The notes under the pieces are model-generated. The model made no database searches. It was given only the letters and a program-made list of their open reading frames with translations, and was not told where the DNA came from. A DNA stretch of 60,702 nucleotides, counting the filler, from Basidiobolus ranarum (lineage: Eukaryota): assembly GCA_040143965.1 (NCBI GenBank). It is 9 parts of 9 records of this genome, joined end to end, with 100 filler letters (N's around TTAATTAATTAA, not from the genome) between each part and the next. Parts side by side here need not be neighbours in the genome. Positions count along the whole stretch, not along the records: positions 20,296 to 26,955 come from JASJQH010001274.1; positions 27,056 to 33,713 come from JASJQH010001275.1; positions 33,814 to 40,465 come from JASJQH010001276.1; 6 more parts are not named here. One strand, 5' to 3'. Both the position numbers and the translations under genes were made by a program. Positions 24,131-35,565 of this stretch are shown here, in pieces (the first letter of the stretch is position 1; each line of letters starts with the position of its first letter).

Positions 24131-24887
24131 AGTAAAGATTTATTATTCAATAGAGTTATGGGTACAATTACTCTTCATTGTCCTTAGTTATACTACGTCG
24201 GATGACAAATGTTTAGGAAACTTCTACGTTTATTCTCCACCTAGTTCAGTGGTTCCAACCTTCGTACTTTTACTATAGAATCTTATGGAATACAGTTTAC
24301 AATAAAGTTGCTGACAAATCCAAACTAACCTTAAATATCTCTACGCATTCTAGCAATGTTCACCCTTATATCTTATCTAATTCTATAATTGGTTAATCAT
24401 AATACGGATTCTGGAATATACAGAAAATCTACGTGATGATTGGCTAGATGATAGACTTGAAGATTCGGCTTATAATAATACTGGGAAATGGCAATTATTG
24501 AAATTGAACATTAAGGTCAATATCTGTATCGCAAATCTTTCACGATTCAGAAAAGAAGTGTTGAGACTCTAAATCATTAATCAAGATCTCGAGAGTAGAA
24601 TATATTGTGATCATAATTGTTCATTTGCATAGGTTATATACCTTAGTAAGAGTTAGGGCTGGGAATCTCATAAGCACTGAATATTTTCATGATAAATATA
24701 TTATTAATAGGAACTTAAAAATTATCAAAATCATAAACATTATTATTATACTATTTGATAGAATTGTGCATTTTGGAGCATTTATTGCCCTATTTGTGAT
24801 TAATTATTATATTTGTTTGACTTATACCGATATTAAATTTGAAATATCTATGATTGTTAATAAAATATGGTATTATCCTGTAACACA

Positions 24888-25356
24888 GCTCACAATGCTC
24901 ATAAGTCTACTGAGACTAAAGATACTTGCAAGTCTAACAAGACAAAAGATACTTTCAGATCTATCAAGGCTTAAAAAACTCACCAAGACTCACGAAGCTC
25001 TCGAATCTACTCAGACTCAAGATGCCCAGATGTCTACGAGGCCTTGTGATACGCGTAGGTCTACCGAGACTCGCAAATCTAATAAGCCTACCAAGATCCA
25101 TGAGCAAATTGATGAAGACTCCAGAGACTGAGACCAAAGATAATTACACAGACTGACGAACAGCACAAGTCTACAGAAAATCATGACACTTACCAGTCTT
25201 CAAGGGCGCACGATACTAAAAGACTTCAGAGACTCACAACACTTACAAATCTGCCAAGATTTACGATATTCGCAAGGCTTCAGAGACTCATGTTACTCAT
25301 TAACCCTCAAATGATTGTAACACTTCTACTGAGACCCACGTTACTCACAAATCATA
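24888..25356 (+). repeat. Degenerate 27-bp tandem repeat, about 16-17 units
   Basis: Units resembling ACTCACAAGTCTACCGAGACTCAAGAT (THKSTETQD-like), e.g. GCTCATAAGTCTACTGAGACTAAAGAT and ACTTGCAAGTCTAACAAGACAAAAGAT. Confidence 0.7.
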
Positions 25357-25699
25357 AATCTGTATATATACGCTTTTATTACCAACAATGATGCTTTTAT
25401 TACCAACAATGAAGATGGTCTCTACGTGAAGTTGTGCCATTCTTGTGTGCATCCTTTGAGTAATATAGTTGAATAAGCGTAACACAAGTTATTTGTCAAC
25501 ACTACCATCACTCTTGTACTGATATTTAAAAAAAGCAAATACTTGGTAGGATAGTATAAGATCAGTTTATATATTAATAAATTAATAGAAGATAATACAT
25601 TGATCAATAACTCAATGTTATAAGCTTGATATACCGCATTTCTCAAAATAAATACCAAGGAGCATACATACGGAAGGACATTAACGAGGACACACAAAT

Positions 25700-26500
25700 A
25701 TGCACGTCACATTAGGCCTACTCCTCACCTCAGTATTACTTGCAAAAGTTTCCGTGGCTGCTCCCTCTGGCAGATACTCTAATCTTCATAGAAAAACAAT
25801 GTTATCAGAACAACCAGACGATAAAACTTCCTCTGTTGAGCAACCAGTAAGTGTTGAAAGTCAGCCAGAGCCCGTTCCGTTACTCAAGCAAGTATTCACC
25901 ACTGTAACCAGAAAGCATGATAACTTGAATGATGTGAATATCAATGGCCAAGGAAATTCTGATGTAAAGTTTCAGTCTGGACCTAGCTTTGAAGTCAAAA
26001 GTAGTGGTGTAAATTCTGACCAGGGAGAAGTTGTTGACTCTGGGCTATATGGTGATAATAATATTACACCAGGGGTGTATGAAATACCACAAGACACTGA
26101 AAATGTGATAGAAATGGCTCCAAAACCACTTGCGGATAGTTTTAGCTCGGAAGATGCTTCACCGCCTCAAGCATCAGATTCAGGGTTCAATAATGAGAGT
26201 AACGATGCACAAGGAATAGATGATACAGGTTCAGCAGATGCTAAACTCTTCGATCTCCCCTCGTAGTTGACAAATACTCTTGGTCAATCTTTACCTCAGC
26301 AAGCATCACCTGATCAGGTCCAAGGGAATTCAGCACAAGCAGGCCATGCTCTGTCCGATTCGAATCAGTTTGATCAAGCGCAGACAATAGATCAAACATT
26401 ATATCAGCCTTCGCAGCCCATTGAACAAGAACAGCCTTCTTCGCCAGATGAGCCGGAAGAGCCTGAATCCTCCAACTCAAGGTGTGGCAGGTGTAACTAA
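25700..26500 (+). CDS. Secreted acidic Ser/Gln/Asp/Pro-rich protein with one in-frame TAG (26264-26266)
   Basis: Signal peptide MHVTLGLLLTSVLLAKVSVA; the frame and composition continue past the TAG to TAA at 26500. Confidence 0.7.
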
Positions 26501-27055
26501 AGATACGACTGGCAACACATTATGTAATTAGTATGTATTCATTAATATCACTCATTAAAAAATAAACCATGTAATCGTGAACAATAGTGTTAACTTTGTC
26601 TAAACAATGATTTGGCAGAAAAAGCCGTTGTATATTTATATATTAAATAGTCTTACAAAATTAATGCTAGTCTTCTCCTAATTGTCTTATATACGTACTA
26701 AAATGACACTTATCTAATCCAAGTGCGATAACACAGGACACCAGTTAGGTAACGTAAATGAGCATTCAAAAAATGCTTCAATGAATAATAATAATAAAAA
26801 AATACTTCTTTACTTTCTATCGCGATTATTTATAACTACAAAGCCTGAGCTACTGTCAGATCTCTCACATAAGCATATTCGTACAATGCAATCCCATAAT
26901 TTCAAACCTTTACACACCTCAATTGATTTAGAAATTTTATGATATTAAGATAACGNNNNNNNNNNNNNNNNNNNNNNNNNNNNNNNNNNNNNNNNNNNNT
27001 TAATTAATTAANNNNNNNNNNNNNNNNNNNNNNNNNNNNNNNNNNNNNNNNNNNN

Positions 27056-29076
27056 AGTGAAAATTGGTAAAAGTGATCTAATTGATATTTCTATCAATTA
27101 GAGCAATAAACACACGTTTTTGAATGACAGAATTGAGTACTAAATAATCAGAATATGAATAAACTACCTACTAAATAATGAGTTGCTATTTACCTAATTT
27201 CAACAAAAACTAGTAAAGTCTTTAGAGCAGTATTCTCCACCATTATCACTCCTTAGTACCCATATTTTTTGTGCTGATTCTTTCTCTACCATTGCTTTGT
27301 AGTGCTCGAACGTAGCTAAGGCTTCAGATTTTGATTTGAGCAAGAATACCCAAGTATATCTTGTTTTGTCATCAATAATGGTCATAAAATACCTTTTCCC
27401 ATCTAGTGAGATGTTTTTCATGGGCCCACATAGGTTAGAATGAATCAGGGAAAAATCTGAGTGGATTTGATCTCTCCACTGCTGGAAAACAGCCATCTGT
27501 GATGTTTTCCATATATGCAACCTTCACACCAATACAATTAAGTGATATTTCCAATTTCCAAACCTGAAACAAGCTGATTTAAGATTATTTAGAACAGCTT
27601 TTGTTTCCTGATGTGGCCTAATCTTCTATGCCACGTTTGACAATGTATTTCGCCAGTTTTGGCCAAGTTTGCATGCTTGGAATGCAATTTGTTGTTTTCT
27701 AGCTTGTATAAGTTTTGAGTTTTGATCCTGGTAGCTAATTTGGTATTATTCTGATCTGTGATAGTGCATCTAACCTTACTGAACACAATATTTAGATCTG
27801 CAGTTGTTGCTTGGCTTATTGAGATTAGTTTCTTGACTATATCTGGTATATAGAGTACATCATCTAATTTTGCAGATGGTGTAGCTGAATTTTGGTCTAA
27901 ATCAAGTACAACTGTCCCCTTTCCAACTCTATCTAGTGCATAGTCATCACCCAAGTAGATTTTCCTTGATTGGATTGGTTTTATGCCTGAAAACCAAGCT
28001 TTCCTGTTTGACATATGCTGGGAAGCTCCTGAATCAATGTATCACATTTCTGAGTCTTCTTTAGTGGTTACTGATAGGGCAGACATAAATAGATGATCTC
28101 TCTGAGTGCTTACATGATTTGCTTGTTCTGATTTTAGCTTTTTGGCAAACTCCTCTTTCTGCAATCTTTGATTACATGGCCTTGTATCTTGCAATACTTG
28201 CTGATGCTTAATTTCCTATTAGGGGCACCATTATTGAAGCCTGTTGGATGTTTTACAGCTCCAAAAAAAGCTTGTCAAGCATTATTTTGATGAGATTTAG
28301 ATCTCCTTAATTCTTCATTCAAAAGCCTAGCACCAACATATTCCATTGTTCATGGCTCTTGACTTGATTCTAGGGCAATTATGATGTTCCCAAACCTGTC
28401 TGGCAGGCTCCCAAAGTTTTCCAAGCACTGTGGATATATTTGGCTGATTGTATGCGTCTCAACAGAGAAATTCTGGGATGTAGACAAAGTGTAGAGAGTG
28501 CTTTCTTCAGATTCTTGTGAAAGGCAGGGATAGCTTTGGGTGGTCCCTTTGGCTCTATTTCTTCTCCTGTAAAAATCCCCAAAGGTCCTTTTCTTCTAGC
28601 ACCATTTGCATCTTGAACTTCCAAAGGTGAAAATCTTCACCATCAAACTTCTCTGTGGATGCAAGAACTTTGGTGATAGTACTGGTACACATTCCTTTAA
28701 CAGCTAGCTTAGGGCTCATAACCTGATAAAAGTGTTTAGGGGATTTGGAAATATTTTGGACAAGATTTGGATTTGCAAATTAGAAACTTAAGTTTGATTG
28801 AATTGAATATGTCCTATTTATAGTTTACTATGAGATAGGACTATTGGACATGCTTAGATCATAACAAACATGCCTGTTAAGCATGGGCAAAAATTTGAGG
28901 TGATTTGGAGAAGTTTTGAGAAAATATTGAAAATTGGCAAAAGTGATCTAATTGATATTTCTATCAATTGGAGCAATAAACACACATTTTTTGAATGACA
29001 GAATTGAGTGCTAAATAATCAGAATATGAAAAAACTAACTACTAAATAATGAGTTACTATTTACCTAATATCAACA
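27056..29076 (-). mobile_element. Deleted copia element: 5' LTR-A (28724-29076), PBS, gag, protease, integrase, abutting a partial LTR-A (27056-27205)
   Basis: PBS GGTTATGAGCCC; gag EEIEPKGP; protease IDSGASQHMSN; WHRRLGH; IHSNLCGPM...LRSDNGGEY. Confidence 0.9.
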
Positions 29077-29186
29077 TTCCATAGTATTTCTATCAGATTT
29101 CTCGAATAAGCAGTAAATCAGCAGAATTCATCCAAACTGAGAATAATTTTCATCAGAGATAATACCTATTAGCCACACTTATAGTC

Positions 29187-29851
29187 TCATTTAGTCACTT
29201 GAGTTCTTCTCAAGCATTTTAGATGTTTTTTGCTGAATGTATGTTCCTCTAATAAGAAGTCCCTGAGAGGTTGACCAAGTGAAGAGAGTGCTTTTTTCTG
29301 CTTCTTGTGGAAGGCAAGGATAGCTTCCATGGGTCCCTTTGGCTCTATTTCTTCTCCTTTAACAAACCACCAGAGGCCCTTGTCTTCTAGCACAATTTGC
29401 ATCTTAAACTTCAGAAGGTGAAAATTCCTAACCATCAGACTCCTCTATGTATGTAAACAATTTGGTAGCAGTACTGGTAGATATTTCTTTAGCCACTGGC
29501 CCAAGGCTCATGATCTGATAAAAGTGTTTAGGGGATTTTGAAGTGTTTTGGACAAGATTTGGATTTGTGAATTAGGTACTTGAGTTTTATTGAATTGATT
29601 ATGTCCTATTTATAGTTTACTATGAAATAGGACTATTGAATGTGCTTGGATCAGAACAAATATGCCTGTGAAGCATGGATAAAATTAATGATTTGGAGAA
29701 GTTTAGAGAAAATAGTGATAATTGGTAAATATGATCTATCAACTAAAACATATAAACTCACATTTTAGAATGTCAGAATTGTGTGCTAAATGAGCAGAAT
29801 ATATACAAGCTAACTAGTAAATAAGGTGTTCCTAATTATCTAATTTCAACA
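29187..29851 (-). mobile_element. LTR-A (29516-29851) with decayed PBS and gag start
   Basis: Third LTR-A copy followed by FKMQIVLEDKGLWWFVKGEEIEPKGP. Confidence 0.85.
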
Positions 29852-30264
29852 GGAATAACCAAGGTCATCATATAGCAGGATGTCCTCAAAGTTGTCTGGA
29901 CTTGCTGTTTAGACTAAATTTGAGCTTCAACATAAGTTATTCCGGGCATATTGATGGATAACTCCACAGCATTATGACTTTCAGCTGAATTTCAAAAACT
30001 TTCAGGTAAAGTATTCAGCCAATGGACTCAGTGGGCATAGCTAAAGTTGTTTTTGTGCACTTATTACTATTGACACTCCCCAGGCTTTGGCAGCTAGTAG
30101 CTTTGTAAAATGATCATGATTGCAATTGTTTTTCCATGCAGCAGCTGGTATTCATAGCACCAGAATTGGTGACAATAATAACAGAGCTTCTGAAAATGTT
30201 TGTGATGAGGTATGACAAGGATTTGGTAGAAAAAGAACACCCACTAAGTGAGTGTTGTATTTTT

Positions 30265-33200
30265 TGATAAAAGTGTTTAGGGGATTTGGTAGTGTTTTGG
30301 ACAAGATTTGGATTTGTGAATTAGACTCTTAGTTTTATTGAATTGAGTATGTCCTAGTTATAGTTTACTAAGAAATAGGACTATTGGACATGCTTAGATC
30401 AAAACAAACAGTCCTGTTATGCAAGGGTAAAAATTTGACATTATTTGGAGATGTTTTGAGAAAATAGTGAAAATTGGTAAAAGAGATCTAATTTATATTT
30501 CTATAAAATAGAGCATTAAACACATGTTTTTGAATGGCAGAATTGAGTGCTAAATACTCAGAATATGAATAAACTAACTACTAACTAATGAGTTACTATT
30601 TGCCTAACACTCCAACTTAACCAATTATTTTGTATTACTCTTTAACCTAACTTATATCTTAATAATTCTAAATGAGCTCAAGCTAAAGGTTTGGTTATGA
30701 TATCAGCAATCATTTCTTCAGTAGTGCAATAGACAAGTGCAATTATATCATTCTCAACTGCTTCTCTAACAAAATGATGCCTAACATCTATATGTTTTGA
30801 TCTTGCATGAAACGCAGGGCTTTTATCCAAGGAAATAAAACTTTGATCATCTTCAAATACAGTAATAGCACATTTTGCATTTGTCCTAAATCTGTAAATA
30901 AATTCCTTAATCACATAGCTTCTTGTGTAGTAGCAGAGGCAGCCTTATACTCTGCTTCTGTAGTGGAAAGTGCTTTGATTAGTTGATTCTTACTATTCCA
31001 ATTGTGGCTCCATTACCATAAAGAAAAGTGTTCCCAGTAGTTCATCTTCTATCATTAAGGTTTCTTCCCCAGTCTGCATGACTGTAACCTTCAAAACTTT
31101 GTGTATCAGGAGTGGCAGAGTATTCCAGAACCACATTCACAGTTCCTCTCAAATATTTGAATATTTGTTCACTACAGTTCTGTGCTCAGATCCTGGATTT
31201 TTGAGATATTGGCTGACAGTTCCCACTGCCACAGCAATGTCTAGATGTGTTCCAACTATTGTATATATTAAGCTACCCACCATGGAATGATAAATGAACT
31301 CATGGCTTTGATTTGAGTCATTTGGGGCCAAATTGGATGAAATTTTGTTTATTTTTATATTGGGATCCATTGGCTTTGATACTGGCATACTATTCTCCAT
31401 GTTGAAGCAGTTTAGAATATCTAGGATTGATCTAGACTGATTTAGCATGAATTTCTGATAGGGTTTATGTCTCTGATTAAGATTCCAAGAAAGTAACTTA
31501 AATCACCCATATCAGTCATCTGAAATTGGCATGATAAGCTGTCTTTTGTCTGATTAAGTTCTTGTAGATCAACTTGTGAACATGATCAAGTCATCAACAT
31601 ATAATGTCAAGATAAGGATACTATTTCCTATTGTTTTGATGCACATACTGTGATCTGCTATTCATTTTTGGAAATCTAGTGACTCCAAATAGATATGTTT
31701 TGTACCATGCCCTGGGTTCTTGCTTGAGTCCATATAGCTATATTGGCAGTTTACAGACCATATCAGGGTGTTTTGGGCTAAATATTCCATCTGGTTGCTC
31801 CATATGGATATCTTCTTCTAGATTTCCATTGCAAAAGGCTTCTTTTACACTTCTTTGATGAAAATTAAGGTAATCGATGGCTGAGAGTGCCAGGATTGAT
31901 CTAATGGAGCTAATTTTAGCTAGTGCAGCAAATGTTTCATTAAAAGCAACTCCTGGAGTTTGGAAATAACCTTTTGCAACTAATCTTGCTTTGTAGCTTT
32001 CTAGAGCTCCATCAGCTTGTTTTTTGACTTAGTAGACCCATTTGCAACCTATTGGCTTTCTCCCTAATGGTAGAGGACTTAACACCCACACTTTGTGGTC
32101 CTAAAGTGAAGAAACCTCATCAGACATTGCTTTTTCCTATAATGGTGAATGTGGACACTCCAGAGCTTGATCTAGAGTCTGTGGCTTGTCACAGAATGCT
32201 GCATAAGCATATACATCATCATTGGAAGTGTTCTACCAGCTTCCTGGCTTATTTCTCCTTATGGATAATCTTCTGCATTCTGAAGTATTGCCAGATGTAT
32301 TTGCGACTGAAATTTTGTTTGAATAGGCCTCACATACAGCTTTTAGGTCCTGGGATCATCTGCTGATATGAAGGGGGCTGCAATATCAGCTGAATAGGGC
32401 CCTGATATAGCTGGGATTCTGTCAGAGAGTTCCTGAATAGTGCTGCCTATGTTTTCTTGATGAAGAACTGTAACTTGAGGTGAAAAATTTGCTTTTTCAT
32501 TAAAAACATGTCCTTGCACTTAATTAACTTCTAATTTTCAACATCAAACAGTCTGTAGGCCTTAGATCCATCACAGTAACCACAAAATATGCATTTTCTG
32601 CTTTGGGTTTCAATTTGGAGCCTTTTTGAGATGAATTAGGCCATATGCTGTGCAACTAAAGATCCTGAGATGATCCACAATAGGTTTTAATACATATGGG
32701 CTTCAAATAGAGTGGAAATTTATAGAAAACCTGTAGGCCATCTGTTTTGTTAGGCACTGAAGTGGAGACAGATACAGCCCAATATCAGTAATGTAACTTT
32801 TGATCAAGTAACATTGATCTTGCCATCTCCACTCTGGTCCCATTTGCATGCTCTGCAACTCCATTTTGCTATGGAGTATCAGGTACAGTAGTTTGTTGCT
32901 TAATTTCAGGTTTAGAAGAAAAACTAGCAAAGTCTTTAAAGCAGTATTCTCCAACATGATCACTGCTTAGTACCCTTATCTTTTGTGCTGATTTTTTCTC
33001 TACCATTGCTTTGCAGTGCTTGAACTTAGCAAAGGCTTCAAATTTTGATTTGAGAAAGTATATCCAAGTATATCTTGTTTTGTCATCAATAAAGGTGGTG
33101 AACTACCTTTTCCCACCAAGTAAGAAAGTTTTCATTGGCCCACACAGGTCAGCATGAATAAGGGCAAGACTCTGAGTGGATTTGCTCTCTCCGGAGCTTG

Positions 33201-33713
33201 AAAATGGCTGCCTATGATGTTTTCCATACATGCAACCTTTGCACAGATCCAATTTAGTGATTTTTTCAATTTCTAGACCTGTAAAAATTTAGTCCTTGAG
33301 CTGTTGCTTGGCTTACTGCAAGTACACTTTTGGCCATGCTTGGCACATGGAATACATTGTCCAATCTTGCAGATGGTGTAGCTGAATTTTTGTCCAAATT
33401 GAGGATACTTTGCCCATGCTAACTGCATCTAATGCATGGTCATTGTCTAAGTAAACCCTTCATGTTTGGATGGGTTTTAAGCTGGAAAACTACTATTTCT
33501 TGTTTGACAGATGTAGGTAAGCTCCAGAAACAATGTACCACATTTGTGAGACTTCGTTAGTAGTAACTGATAGGGCAAGCACAAATAGATGATCCCTATC
33601 AGTGCTTGCTTGATTTGCTTGTTCCAATTGTAGCTTTTGGCAAAAACCCTTTTCTGCAATCTTGGATTAAACGGAGTGGTTTTTTGCAATACTTGCTTAT
33701 GATTGACTTCCTA
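30265..33713 (-). mobile_element. Degenerate copia element: 3' LTR-A (30265 to about 30610), RNase H, RT, integrase, protease
   Basis: FHARSKHIDVRHHFVRE...MIADIITKPL (RNase H); YHSMVGSLIY (RT); integrase fragments. Confidence 0.92.
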
Positions 33714-34740
33714 NNNNNNNNNNNNNNNNNNNNNNNNNNNNNNNNNNNNNNNNNNNNTTAATTAATTAANNNNNNNNNNNNNNNNNNNNNNNNNNNNNNN
33801 NNNNNNNNNNNNNACTATTGATGAAAGATGAGAGTAAAGATCATGGCTAGGTATGATAGTTGATATGATGAAGCGTGCATCATTTCCGCCTTTGCTATAT
33901 AACTGGTACGGTTGTCAAGTCTACACCAAGGTTCAATTATATTTATTTCATATCTAGTGTTTACGCTATGTTTATCACACCTCACTTCCTCGATATACCC
34001 TCTTCCAAGTGCTCCACCATGTGCTGAATATGAAAGGGAGTATTGCGAAGCTTACCATATATTAGATACATTGCAGTAGCAAGAACGCACAGGCTCAGAT
34101 CTTCCTTTGATTTAAAAATAGGCGTCTACTTAATCCTTGATGTTGGCAGTTGTTTAGATTAGGGTTGGTTAAATTATTATATAAATCACCTTAAACCCCG
34201 GGCAAAATTTAAAACGTCCGTATTAAATAATTCGGCAAACCCAGTTAGGTTAGTGATGGATGCTTGACTAAATGGGCTTTAAATTTTATTGTTAACAAAT
34301 ATAAGATAATATTTGTTGACACCGAGGCTCTAACCCTCTGGTGTTTAAAACAAAAACCGAGGAGTATTATTAACTGGATAGTAATAAATGTCATAATTCA
34401 AATGTGGCTAAGTCACAGCCACTATTGAAAAAGATATAAGAATGTGTTACATTGCTGTCAATGGAGGGGAACAATGAATAGATAGGTGTATTTTCTAAGG
34501 CTATTTCATCAATTTTAGGTGTTTTTTTGTGTTAGTTAAACGAGATAATCATAGTTGAATTGTAGGAGTATAAGTATAAATTTGGATATCTATAATGTAA
34601 TAACTTCATGGTATGAAGGCCTTGAAAGTATATGTTCAAAATCGAATTGGGAAATATATATACTAGAGATATTAAAAGTTGATAGAGGGATGACCAGCAT
34701 TACCAAGATAAACTATGTATGGAAAATTGAGAAACTAGCT

Positions 34741-35565
34741 TCAGCAAGCGTGAATTTTTGAATATTCTGGACCTGCAATAAGAGGTTCTCCAACAGAGCG
34801 ACGCTTCTTGTTCCTCAGGACCTGTTGTGTAGGTTTGATTTCGGTAACCGAAAATTTCAATAATGATTTCTTCTTTGATACGGATGATTTCTTCTTATTC
34901 GTTATCATTTGTCGGATTTTTCTCAGCAAATTCAGCTTCTCTTGAGTTAAGGACCCTGGTAGCGATGTCCTACTATCATTGCCGTGGCAAGAAGTGTACG
35001 TGCGCGATACAACCGTTGGCAATATCTCACGGCTGGGGCAGCTCGCAAGTTGAGTGCCTGAATAAGACCTGCGACGAATCTTTCTTGCAGGTGTATCAGA
35101 AACAGTATACTGCTGTGTAATTTCTTGTGTGGGCTGCGCACTTAATTGTGTTACTAACTCTTGCCCTTTTCCGGTGGGAAGAAAAACTGAGTTATTATGA
35201 TATGGGAAAAAGGCAGGGCGAGGTGGTACTTGACAATACCAAACTCCCTCAGGTAGTTTAGTTGTTTGCCGAGATAATGGAGTCGGAGTTTCAACAGAAA
35301 TATTTTCCTTATTGTTCTTGAAAGTAGAGGGACTTAAGGCTCCATTTCTTGCTCTAAAACGAGTACGTTGTGAAAGCTGACCCTCTTGAAACAGAAGATT
35401 GGGAATCCGAGAACTGTTATCGGTAACTACTGAGCATTTTTGAGAGCCTGAAGAAGTATATGAGGTATGTGATGACATAGAAGATCTTCTTGATCTTACA
35501 GAGAATGTATCGGCTGAATGATTTGTCGAATGGGAAGATGAACTCACTGATCTTGGTGAAACCAT
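34741..35565 (-). CDS. Uncharacterised Ser/Arg/Lys-rich, probably disordered protein
   Basis: Intronless 274-aa ORF in AT-rich DNA; several RRxS motifs and basic KKK/KKRR clusters; no domain recognised. Confidence 0.65.
   Translation of the reverse strand: MVSPRSVSSSSHSTNHSADTFSVRSRRSSMSSHTSYTSSGSQKCSVVTDNSSRIPNLLFQEGQLSQRTRFRARNGALSPSTFKNNKENISVETPTPLSRQTTKLPEGVWYCQVPPRPAFFPYHNNSVFLPTGKGQELVTQLSAQPTQEITQQYTVSDTPARKIRRRSYSGTQLASCPSREILPTVVSRTYTSCHGNDSRTSLPGSLTQEKLNLLRKIRQMITNKKKSSVSKKKSLLKFSVTEIKPTQQVLRNKKRRSVGEPLIAGPEYSKIHAC

Noticed and set aside
24607-25131. 174-aa ORF
   Set aside because: GTG start; AT-rich low-complexity first half fused to the 27-bp repeat
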